NCBI GenBank assembly: GCA_937901625.1
Contig: CALDIE010000165.1
Coordinates: 1 to 33,292 of the forward strand
DNA length: 33,292 nt
Direction: 5' to 3'
Source: an uncultured Lachnospiraceae bacterium
Lineage (GTDB): Bacteria > Bacillota > Clostridia > Lachnospirales > Lachnospiraceae
Shown: piece after piece, positions 1-7,845 of the stretch
Layout of the letters: each line of letters begins with the position of its first letter
How positions within the stretch are numbered: position 1 is the first letter of the stretch
The notes under the pieces: model-generated
Database searches by the model: none
Seen by the model: the letters and a program-made list of their open reading frames with translations, nothing else
What the model was told of the DNA's origin: nothing
Made by a program: the position numbers and the translations under genes

Positions 1-488
1 ACAAGCTCATTGCCGAGGTCATCGAGGAGATGGGCATGGAGGACAAGGCCGTAGGTGTCAGCCCCGTGGGCTGTGCCGTGTTCGCGTACAATTATATAGA
101 TATCGACTGGCAGGAGGCTGCCCACGGTCGTGCCCCCGCACTGGCTACGGGCATCAAGCGTTGCTGGCCTGATCGCCTTGTGTTCACCTATCAGGGTGAT
201 GGCGACTTGGCATGTATCGGTACCTGTGAGACCATCCATGCTTTGAACCGCGGTGAGAACATTGTGATCATCTTCGTCAACAATGCCATCTATGGTATGA
301 CGGGTGGTCAGATGGCACCTACGACCCTTATTGGTCAGAAGACATCTACTTGTCCTTACGGACGTGATCCAGAGATTCATGGCTATCCCCTGAAGATGGC
401 GGATATCGCCGCCCAACTGGAAGGAACTTGCTACGTGACCCGTCAGAGCGTTGAGTCTGTTGCCTCTATCAATAAGGCTAAGAAGGCA
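1..488 (+). CDS. Partial TPP-dependent 2-oxoacid:ferredoxin oxidoreductase beta subunit (Vor/Kor-type), 5'-truncated by the window and lacking its normal C-terminus
   Basis: Frame is open from base 3 (KLIAEVIEEMG). Motifs PVGC, AAHGRAPA, YQGDGD...NNAIYGMTGGQ (TPP-binding) are present. Similarity ends at SINKAKKA, and codon style differs from downstream DNA. Confidence 0.88.
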
Positions 489-1037
489 GCCGATATGACG
501 ACTGCTGAATCGATCGGTATGATATTTACAACAGAGGCGATCTCGAATGAGATTCTGAGAGAGTATGTTCGTGAAAAATCAAGGATAGCAAACGCTCAGA
601 ATGTTAATGCTCCTCAAAAATACCGTCTTTTGGCCTATAGTTACAGTGGTGGTAACGGTGATCTGGAATTTAAGGTTGACAATGTTTTTAACGAGGGTGC
701 TCAATACAGTTCTAATTTTACACAAAGTGGTATTACCGCAGCTGCTGTAGATGCTGAGCTCCAGGAAGTTTGCGCCGGTGTTCGGAGACTCCAGTATCAC
801 AAGACAAATGTCCTTGATTATTGGCTTGTTTGTTGCGACCAAAACGGAAAAATATATGTTTTTGTCGGATGCGGATCTCCGAGTTGGAATTTGAATTTAG
901 CAAATAATGTTACTCATCCGAATGCATATAAAGGAGGTCAGGATGGCGGTTGTTATATGATCTGGCCGGAGGTCTGTGATGATTATGTTCATTCAAGAAA
1001 TCCGGGTGATCTCAGTATCCGTTCTGAGTATAACTAA
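468..1037 (+). CDS. C-terminal part of a putative type IV pilin/pseudopilin-like protein (prepilin N-terminus missing)
   Basis: INKAKKAADMTTAESIG resembles the helix that follows the hydrophobic segment in Firmicute prepilin-type proteins (..RYI.KA+KA.D...A..I). The rest is a Cys-containing globular domain, AT-richer than bases 1-488, with stop TAA and a downstream terminator. Recognised from memory only. Confidence 0.5.
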   Translation: MNKAKKAADMTTAESIGMIFTTEAISNEILREYVREKSRIANAQNVNAPQKYRLLAYSYSGGNGDLEFKVDNVFNEGAQYSSNFTQSGITAAAVDAELQEVCAGVRRLQYHKTNVLDYWLVCCDQNGKIYVFVGCGSPSWNLNLANNVTHPNAYKGGQDGGCYMIWPEVCDDYVHSRNPGDLSIRSEYN

Positions 1038-1122
1038 ACCAATGGATTTTGATCCCGTTTTCCGGTGCCCGGCACCGGATCCTAATCAAGCCCATTATCT
1101 TATATACATAGTTCCTTTCAAA

Positions 1123-1160
1123 CAGAAGGCCCCCGATCCAATCGGGGGTTTTCTGCTGTT
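1123..1160 (+). terminator. Rho-independent terminator for the + strand gene ending at 1037
   Basis: CAGAAGGCCCCCGAT-CCA-ATCGGGGGTTTTCTG stem-loop; the G-U pairs form only on the + strand. Confidence 0.7.
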
Positions 1161-1164
1161 GTAG

Positions 1165-1197
1165 AAAAAAACAGCGACGTTTTTACGTCGCTGTTTT
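1165..1197 (-). terminator. Rho-independent (possibly bidirectional) terminator for the DUF212 gene
   Basis: Perfect 13-bp inverted repeat AAAACAGCGACGT-TTTT-ACGTCGCTGTTTT, with A7 upstream giving a U-tract on the - strand. Confidence 0.8.
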
Positions 1198-1220
1198 AAT
1201 ATAAAAATCCGTTATCTTTC

Positions 1221-1688
1221 CTATAATACATTACATACCAGCAGTGCGATCAGGATACCGATCAGGGCGCCTACCACTACCTGTGACGGTGTGTGCCCGA
1301 CGAACTCCTTAAGCCGTTCTTCCGGGCTGATGTCGGTATCGCCCATCTTATGAAAGCTGTCTAACATCTGGTTTAAGACCTTGGCCTGTTCGCCTGCCTG
1401 CCGGCGTACCCCCAGCGCATCGTACATAACGACGATGGCAAAAGCGGCGGAAACCGCGAATTCCGGACTTCCCGGTCCGCAGATGACACATACGGCTGTG
1501 GTCAGACCGCATACGGTTGCGGAATGTGAACTGGGCATCCCACCGGTCCCGACCAGGCGCTCGGCGACAAATTTTTTGTTCACGATCGTATGTAATATCG
1601 TTTTCAAGACTTGTGCAACGAGCCATCCGAGGACGGTGGAGACTAAAATCTTATTATTTACTAACTCAGAAAAATAATTCATTGGCAT
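1221..1688 (-). CDS. Divergent PAP2 family membrane protein (DUF212, YuiD-like)
   Basis: Motifs AQVLK, GGMPSSHSATV, VMYDALGVRRQAGEQAKVLN, LKEFVGHTP. ATG at 1688 is preceded by an AGGAG RBS; the ORF-track start at 1877 is too long. Confidence 0.92.
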   Translation of the reverse strand: MPMNYFSELVNNKILVSTVLGWLVAQVLKTILHTIVNKKFVAERLVGTGGMPSSHSATVCGLTTAVCVICGPGSPEFAVSAAFAIVVMYDALGVRRQAGEQAKVLNQMLDSFHKMGDTDISPEERLKEFVGHTPSQVVVGALIGILIALLVCNVL

Positions 1689-1706
1689 ATTCTCTCCTAT
1701 TGGTTT

Positions 1707-1735
1707 ATTATAGTTAACTGAGGGGCAAAATACAA
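1707..1735 (-). promoter_or_regulatory. Sigma-A type promoter for the DUF212 gene
   Basis: On the - strand TTGTAT-17 nt-TATAAT, just upstream of the RBS. Confidence 0.7.
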
Positions 1736-1759
1736 GAAAAAGTACAGGAGTGTGAAGAT

Positions 1760-2710
1760 ATGGGAAATATGGAAAAAAACGATAAGATATACGTGGCGGG
1801 ACACCGCGGACTTGTGGGAAGCGCGATCGTCCGCTCCCTGAAAAGACAGGGATATGAGAATGTGATCGGCAGAACACACACGGAGTTAGATCTCCTGGAT
1901 CAGGCTGCCGTCAGAGCATTCTTTGAAGAAGAAAAGCCGGATGTGGTCGTGCTGGCTGCGGCAAAGGTAGGCGGCATCAATGCCAACAATACGTCGCCTG
2001 CAGATTTTGCTTACGAGAATATGCAGATCCAGTGTAATGTGATCAAATGCTGCCACGACTTTAAAGTAAAGAAACTGCTCTTTTTGGGAAGTACCTGTAT
2101 TTACCCGAAGATGGCACCGCAGCCGATCCCCGAGGACGCGCTGTTGACCGGACCGCTTGAGGTGACCAATGAAGCGTATGCCATCGCAAAGATTTCCGGT
2201 CTGGAGATGTGCAAATTCTTTAAGCGTCAGTATGGTGACAATTTTATCAGCTGCATGCCCACAAATCTTTACGGACCGCACGATAACTATGAGTTGCAGG
2301 GATCGCATGTGATGCCTGCCATGATACGTAAGTTCCATGAAGCAAAGGTAAATAACGCGCCGAGCGTGGAGCTATGGGGAACAGGCTCACCGCTTCGTGA
2401 GTTTTTGTATGTAGACGATATGGCAGATGCCTGTGTATTCCTCTTGGAGAATTACGACGGAGAACAGCATGTCAATATCGGAACCGGTAAGGAAGTAACG
2501 ATCCGTGAACTGGCAGAGACCGTTCGCAAGACGGTGGGATACGAAGGCGAGATCGTATGGAATACGGATATGCCCGACGGCACCCCCAGAAAGCTGACGG
2601 ATGTTACGAAGCTTCACGCGCTGGGCTTCCGGCACAAGGTGGATCTCGAGGAAGGCGTTCGTCTGGCATATGATTGGTTTAAGGAGAATGTAGACTCCGC
2701 GAGAATGTAG
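1760..2710 (+). CDS. fcl: GDP-L-fucose synthase (GDP-4-keto-6-deoxymannose epimerase/reductase)
   Basis: Motifs [75 protein letters not shown]. Confidence 0.96.
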   Translation: MGNMEKNDKIYVAGHRGLVGSAIVRSLKRQGYENVIGRTHTELDLLDQAAVRAFFEEEKPDVVVLAAAKVGGINANNTSPADFAYENMQIQCNVIKCCHDFKVKKLLFLGSTCIYPKMAPQPIPEDALLTGPLEVTNEAYAIAKISGLEMCKFFKRQYGDNFISCMPTNLYGPHDNYELQGSHVMPAMIRKFHEAKVNNAPSVELWGTGSPLREFLYVDDMADACVFLLENYDGEQHVNIGTGKEVTIRELAETVRKTVGYEGEIVWNTDMPDGTPRKLTDVTKLHALGFRHKVDLEEGVRLAYDWFKENVDSARM

Positions 2711-2751
2711 ATTTTGCGGGAACGCGGACTTTGCAAGAATGTACATTCATA
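2684..2751 (+). repeat. Degenerate 17-bp tandem repeat (4 units) across the fcl stop codon
   Basis: GAGAATGTAGACTCCGC / GAGAATGTAGATTTTGC / GGGAACGCGGACTTTGC / AAGAATGTACATTCATA. Confidence 0.8.
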
Positions 2752-2788
2752 CAAAAAGGATGATTTCTGGGAAACGAGGGAATATCGG

Positions 2789-3754
2789 ATGGTATATCTG
2801 CTGCCGGTCTTTCTCCTGGGTGAAGGAGTCCTCTTAGGACGCCTGTTGCGTCTGATCTTTAAGAAAGACGTCAGGATGTCTTTGGCGGAGGACTGCCTGA
2901 TCGGCACCTGCGGGATGCTCTTGATCTGGCAATTGTTTATGATGCCCGGGATCAAATGTAACCTGTCTTTTTCGCTGCTGTGCCGTATATACAGCGGAGT
3001 TCTTTTTGTGTGCGCGTGTGTATCCGCTCTTATAGCTCCCGGGAGGGAAGTGCGTTCGTCAAAAGGGGAGAACAATCTGTGGATCATTCTGATAGCGGCA
3101 CTTATCTTTTGTCTGCAGATCGCGTTCTACTTTGCTTTTGTGCCCGACCGGGAGGGGGATTTTACGCTGGAGACGGTAAATGCCACATTGCAGTCGGGGC
3201 GGATTTATATGAACCACCCGGCGACCGGACAGGCATTTGTGCAGGATATGAGTTTCAGAGGGAAGCTGGTGACACTTCCGTTATTTTACGCTTATCTCTG
3301 CCGCCTGGTTCCGGATGCAAGCCTCCAGGTGGTCTGCCGCGCGGTGCCGGTCTGGATACTTGCCTTAAGTTACATGGCCTATTCCGCGTGGATGGATGTG
3401 TTCTTTTCAAAATCCGATAAGGAAGGACTTTTGCGTGGCGTTGGCTATACGATCATTGGTCTTTTGAATATCGGCGGCTCCTTTTCCGGGAACGGAATCT
3501 TTTATTATCAGCTGCACAGGGGATATCGGGGAGAAACCCTTGTATATTCCGTGCTGCTCCCCTTCTTTATTTATCTGATCTACAGAGCCTGCAGCAATAA
3601 AAAGCCCATCTGGTTCATTTACTCTTGTGTAGTCTTCCTGACATCCTTTTGCGTGGTGGATATCCAAAAGGGTGCAGCACCTTTACTGCTTGGATTTGCG
3701 GTATGCAGCCTGATCGCCATAGCGGAGACGATCAGAAAGAAGGTGCAGAAGTGA
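2789..3754 (+). CDS. Polytopic membrane protein, DUF6077-like (possible GT-C fold)
   Basis: About 8-9 hydrophobic segments. An extracytoplasmic loop with acidic residues (DREGDFTLETVNATL..G.IY..HPATG) follows the N-terminal helices. Likely ATG at 2789 after GAGGG. Confidence 0.6.
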   Translation: MVYLLPVFLLGEGVLLGRLLRLIFKKDVRMSLAEDCLIGTCGMLLIWQLFMMPGIKCNLSFSLLCRIYSGVLFVCACVSALIAPGREVRSSKGENNLWIILIAALIFCLQIAFYFAFVPDREGDFTLETVNATLQSGRIYMNHPATGQAFVQDMSFRGKLVTLPLFYAYLCRLVPDASLQVVCRAVPVWILALSYMAYSAWMDVFFSKSDKEGLLRGVGYTIIGLLNIGGSFSGNGIFYYQLHRGYRGETLVYSVLLPFFIYLIYRACSNKKPIWFIYSCVVFLTSFCVVDIQKGAAPLLLGFAVCSLIAIAETIRKKVQK

Positions 3755-4584
3755 GAATTGTGGAAGAAATGCAATCGGCACTGGAAATGATCGGAGGAAG
3801 TGTGGGTTTCGCGGCGGTCTTTTTTGCCTGCCTGATCATCCTTTGGTACGGCAAGTATGAGCGCAGAACGATGTCTTTTTCTTACCTCTTCTGGTACGCC
3901 CTGATCATGCTTATCGTGACGATCAATCCGCTGACAAGATATCTGACGGAAACGTATCTGCCGGAAATGGTGCGTGACGCGATGTATCTGTGGCTCCTTC
4001 CGATGACGCCGGTTACGCTCTTAGTCTGCGCGGAAGCGGTAGCCGGTGTGGAGAAGAGATGGCAGCAGGTGGTGTTACTGATAGCGGTGATCGTTATCCT
4101 GATCCTGGGCGGTACTTCCAGTTTCAGCGACAAGGGACTAAACCCTGCGGAAACATACGATCTGATCCCCGCACAGGATAAAACGGTACTGGATCTGGCG
4201 GAGAGATACCGAAAGGAAAACGGGATGGAGACCATCATGATCTGGGGTGAAAATTCCGTTATGGATACAGCCAGGATCAGCCACGGCAGCTTCTATACGC
4301 TTTACGGCAGGGATCTGTGGCAGGGACTTCAGGAGACACAGATCCCGTGGAATTACGAGAGCTGGCAGATGCAGGCCTACGAACTGATGCAGGAACAGGA
4401 TCTGTCGCTGGATCTGATCGCGGATGTGGGGATAACGCATCATTGTGATGTGCTGATCCTTTCAAGGGTCAAAGTGGCCACGGAAGGCGGCGTGATCCCC
4501 AGAGAGATAAGGGAGGACTATGTCCTTTATGAGGAACAGCCCCGTGAAGGGTATCTTCTATATGTCCGAAGGAGTGACAGATGA
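3751..4584 (+). CDS. Membrane protein with about 4 N-terminal TM helices and a soluble C-terminal domain (resembles the C-terminal half of DUF6077-type proteins)
   Basis: GTG start overlaps the upstream stop (GTGA). Motifs INPL and YLWLLP, soluble tail with YGRDLW. The stop overlaps the next ATG. Confidence 0.6.
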   Translation: MRIVEEMQSALEMIGGSVGFAAVFFACLIILWYGKYERRTMSFSYLFWYALIMLIVTINPLTRYLTETYLPEMVRDAMYLWLLPMTPVTLLVCAEAVAGVEKRWQQVVLLIAVIVILILGGTSSFSDKGLNPAETYDLIPAQDKTVLDLAERYRKENGMETIMIWGENSVMDTARISHGSFYTLYGRDLWQGLQETQIPWNYESWQMQAYELMQEQDLSLDLIADVGITHHCDVLILSRVKVATEGGVIPREIREDYVLYEEQPREGYLLYVRRSDR

Positions 4585-5333
4585 CAGAGATGATAAGCAT
4601 CGTGATACCGCTTCACAACGGTGAAAAATACATAAAACAAACAGTAGAGAGCGTTCTGGCTCAGACATATAAAGAGTATGAGCTGATCATTGTAAACGAC
4701 CACTCCACCGATGCTTCCCTTTCGGTGGCAAAGAAACTGGCTGCGTCGGACGAGAGGATCGTGGTCGTCGACAACGAAGGAGAAGCCGGAGCGGCGCATG
4801 CGAGAAACGAAGGGATCCGCCTTGCGAAAGGCCGTTACCTTGCCTATCTGGATGCGGACGATCTCTGGAAAGCGGAAAAACTCGAAAAGACCTTGCGATT
4901 CCTTAAGAGCAACAACGCTGCTTTTGTCTTTACGGCGTACGAATTCGGTGACCGTGAGGCAGTCGGTACCGGAAAAGTGGTTCATGTACCAAAGACGATG
5001 AACTTAAAACAGGCTTACTCCCGGACGGTGATCTTTACATCCACGGTGATGCTCGATCTTAAGAAGATCGGCAAGGAAAGCGCCTATATGCCTTATATCA
5101 AGAGTGAGGATACGGCAAGCTGGTGGAATCTCTTAAAGGCCGGCTATACAGCCTATGGACTGGATGAGAATCTGGTGGTCTATCGAAGGGCGGGGCAGAG
5201 CCTTTCCTCCAATAAGATCGAGGCGCTTCGCAGGATCTGGAATCTGTACCGCAAGATCGGCGGTTTAAACGTTTTGGAGAGTGCCTGGTACTTCTGTGGA
5301 TGGGCGGTGCGCGCGGTTGCCAGAAGACTGTGA
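4581..5333 (+). CDS. Glycosyltransferase family 2 (TuaG-like)
   Basis: ISIVIPLHN, IIVNDHSTD, ARNEG, YLDADDLW, SED motif, YRR...SLSSNK. Confidence 0.93.
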   Translation: MTEMISIVIPLHNGEKYIKQTVESVLAQTYKEYELIIVNDHSTDASLSVAKKLAASDERIVVVDNEGEAGAAHARNEGIRLAKGRYLAYLDADDLWKAEKLEKTLRFLKSNNAAFVFTAYEFGDREAVGTGKVVHVPKTMNLKQAYSRTVIFTSTVMLDLKKIGKESAYMPYIKSEDTASWWNLLKAGYTAYGLDENLVVYRRAGQSLSSNKIEALRRIWNLYRKIGGLNVLESAWYFCGWAVRAVARRL

Positions 5334-5345
5334 TTTTGATACAAT
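5317..5345 (+). promoter_or_regulatory. Internal sigma-A promoter with extended -10 upstream of the priming transferase
   Basis: TTGCCA-17 nt-TACAAT with TG at the extended -10 position. Confidence 0.65.
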
Positions 5346-5396
5346 AGGCGTGGACGGAAATGCGGCCAAATCAAGCAAAAACAGGGATGTTGGGGC

Positions 5397-6809
5397 GTGA
5401 AGAAACTAGAAACTTCCAGAAGGATCATATTGATGATATTATCCATGATCAGCCTTGCCGTTCAGGTGGCAGGGTTTACTTTTGTTTGGTATCACGCCTA
5501 CAAGGAACAGGTGAAGATGATCTTCTGGATCAAGGGTGATATCCTCCTGATCTCCATATACGCTGTCCTGCTCTTATGGCTTTCAAAGATGTACGGAGGA
5601 ACCGGGATCGGTTTTCTGAAAGCGTGGGAGGTATTCTTCTCCCAGGTTTTTTCTACTGTTGGCGTCAATGTGATCATTTACGCGGTATTGTCCCTGATGT
5701 CGGCCAAACTCGTGGATCCGGGGACCATGCTCTTATTGATGGCGGCGGATATCCTGTGGATCGGTCTGTGGACAGCGCTATGCCAGCTGTTATATTCGAT
5801 GCTCTTTCCGCCAAGAGACCTGCTTCTGGTATCCGGAGACAGAGACTGTGAGGCAATCTTAAGCAAGTTCCGGAGCCGTCCGGATAAGTACAATGTTTGC
5901 AAGACCATGAACATCTCCGAAGGGATCGATTCGATCTGTGAGGAGATCCGTCATCGCTACGACGGGATGATCCTTTGGGATCTTCCCATCAGCGAACGAA
6001 ATGCTCTTTTAAAATTCTGTTACGGCAATTCCATACGTGTCTATATCATGCCCAAGATTCCGGATGTACTGATCAAGGGAACAACGGAATTGCATATCTT
6101 TGATACTCCCATGTATCTGATCCGTGAATACGAACTGACGGTGGAGCAGCGTTTTGTGAAGCGCTCCATCGATCTGGTGTGCGCGCTGCTTTTGCTGATC
6201 GTCACATCTCCGTTTATGCTGATCACGGCAATCCTGATCAAACTCTACGACGGCGGTCCGGTACTGTATAAGCAGACCCGCTGCACACAGGACGCGAGAG
6301 AATTTTCCATTTTGAAATTCCGCAGCATGCGTGTGGACGCCGAAAAGGACGGAGTGGCCAGACTGGCCTCCAAAAAAGATGACAGGATCACACCGATCGG
6401 AAAGGTGATCCGCGCGATCCGTTTCGACGAGCTCCCTCAGTTAGTCAATATCTTAAAGGGTGATATGTCCTTTATCGGACCCAGACCGGAACGCCCCGAG
6501 ATCATCGCGCAGTATATGGAAGAGATGCCGGAATTTGCTTTCCGGACCAAAGTGAAAGCCGGCCTGGCGGGCTATGCGCAGGTGTATGGCAAGTACAATA
6601 CCACGCCGTATGATAAGCTGAAACTGGATCTTACTTATATTGAGAACTATTCCGTATGGCTGGATCTGAAACTGATGCTCCTTACCTTAAAGATCCTCTT
6701 TCAGCCGGACAGTACGGAAGGCGTCGAGGCCGATCAGGTAACGGCGATCCGTGAGGAAAAGACCGGACGCGGCAAGAAACCGTCCGGTGCAGAAGAAAAG
6801 GGGAAATAG
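5397..6809 (+). CDS. Priming polyprenyl-phosphate glycosyl-1-phosphate transferase (WcaJ/CpsE family)
   Basis: Four N-terminal TMs plus Bac_transf domain: KRSID, GPVLYKQ, KFRSM, DDRITPIG, RFDELPQL.NILKGDMSFIGPRPE. GTG start. Confidence 0.95.
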   Translation: MKKLETSRRIILMILSMISLAVQVAGFTFVWYHAYKEQVKMIFWIKGDILLISIYAVLLLWLSKMYGGTGIGFLKAWEVFFSQVFSTVGVNVIIYAVLSLMSAKLVDPGTMLLLMAADILWIGLWTALCQLLYSMLFPPRDLLLVSGDRDCEAILSKFRSRPDKYNVCKTMNISEGIDSICEEIRHRYDGMILWDLPISERNALLKFCYGNSIRVYIMPKIPDVLIKGTTELHIFDTPMYLIREYELTVEQRFVKRSIDLVCALLLLIVTSPFMLITAILIKLYDGGPVLYKQTRCTQDAREFSILKFRSMRVDAEKDGVARLASKKDDRITPIGKVIRAIRFDELPQLVNILKGDMSFIGPRPERPEIIAQYMEEMPEFAFRTKVKAGLAGYAQVYGKYNTTPYDKLKLDLTYIENYSVWLDLKLMLLTLKILFQPDSTEGVEADQVTAIREEKTGRGKKPSGAEEKGK

Positions 6810-6812
6810 GCC

Positions 6813-7835
6813 TTGGCAGAGCAGAACCATCCATCAACAATATCAACAATATCAACAAGATCAACAATAGAAGCGGACAGATTTGATTACAGGCGCTTTG
6901 TATTCCTGCACCGCAAGCGTTTTGTCCGCGTACTGGCGGCGGCGCTCATCGGCGCACTTTTGTTTGGCGGACTTCGCCTGTTGTACTGGAGGATCACATC
7001 TCCGGAGGTTTTATACCGCTCACAGGCTCTTTATTACATCGATTTTGACGGGGACTACGCGGAGGAACTGCAGTTTTATTACAATGCTTATACCTGGAAT
7101 GATGTTTTATTGTCGGACAGGATACTGGGCAGGATGGGAGACGTTGTAAGCCGCTACGGGATCGGGAAGTTACGGGAGAGGCTTAGTATCCCCATGTTGT
7201 CGGATATACGCATGTTTGTGGTATACGCGGACTGGGAGACGCCGGAGGATGCCGCGGTCATTCAGGCGGGCGTGAAGGAAGCGCTGGCGGAGTTTGCGGA
7301 GGAAACGGAAGGTTTTCTTTCGATCGAGCAATGGTCTTTGGAAGAGGGTAAAGAGATCAGAAAAGAGAAATACCTGGATCGCTTTATGATCCTCGGGGCG
7401 GTATGCGGCTTTATCGCCGGAATTCTGTGGCTTTGTTACAGAGACGCCGTCTCGGATGAGATCTGTACGGAGGAGGAACTTCGTAAAGTCCTTGCTTTAC
7501 GCGGCTGGGAAAAGGAAGGAACCCCGCTTTACGCAGGGATTACCTTTGCCGCCAATAAGAGCGGCGGAAAGGTTGTGGAAAGCAGGAGACTGTGGACACA
7601 AAAGGCAAAGAAAGCGTTTCCGAAAGACGTTAAAGAGATCGATGCCCTTAAGCTTTGGGCTGAGCCGGATAAGCTGACATCCGGCAAAACACCGTGGGTT
7701 CTCTGTGTACCCTACGGTATGGGTGCCAATCGCCTGTCTGTCCTGATCGGAGAGATCGAGAGAGCAGGGAACAGACCTTTGGCCGTATGGCTTACGGAGG
7801 CTGATCCGGTTTTTTATGAAAGGTATTATCGTTAA
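6813..7835 (+). CDS. Polysaccharide co-polymerase-like protein (Wzz/CpsC-type) with a degenerate C-terminal cytoplasmic domain
   Basis: Two TM helices flank an extracytoplasmic domain (Y.S.A..Y, ND.L.SD.IL), followed by D..I.TEEEL after TM2, as in CpsC/Wzc. TTG start is uncertain. Confidence 0.65.
   Translation: MAEQNHPSTISTISTRSTIEADRFDYRRFVFLHRKRFVRVLAAALIGALLFGGLRLLYWRITSPEVLYRSQALYYIDFDGDYAEELQFYYNAYTWNDVLLSDRILGRMGDVVSRYGIGKLRERLSIPMLSDIRMFVVYADWETPEDAAVIQAGVKEALAEFAEETEGFLSIEQWSLEEGKEIRKEKYLDRFMILGAVCGFIAGILWLCYRDAVSDEICTEEELRKVLALRGWEKEGTPLYAGITFAANKSGGKVVESRRLWTQKAKKAFPKDVKEIDALKLWAEPDKLTSGKTPWVLCVPYGMGANRLSVLIGEIERAGNRPLAVWLTEADPVFYERYYR
6833..6868 (+). repeat. 9-bp tandem repeat x4 (ATCAACAAT), in frame
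   Basis: ATCAACAAT ATCAACAAT ATCAACAAG ATCAACAAT, encoding STISTISTRSTI. Confidence 0.9.
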
Positions 7836-7845
7836 CGGGGTAGAT

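Noticed and set aside
30..1037. Novel oxidoreductase fusion protein
   Set aside because: The enzyme half lacks its C-terminus, composition shifts at the junction, it lies at a contig end, and a shared 22-mer explains the join. A chimera is more parsimonious.
1689..1877. N-terminal extension of the DUF212 ORF from the ORF track
   Set aside because: It overlaps fcl and the promoter; the RBS and promoter support the start at 1688.
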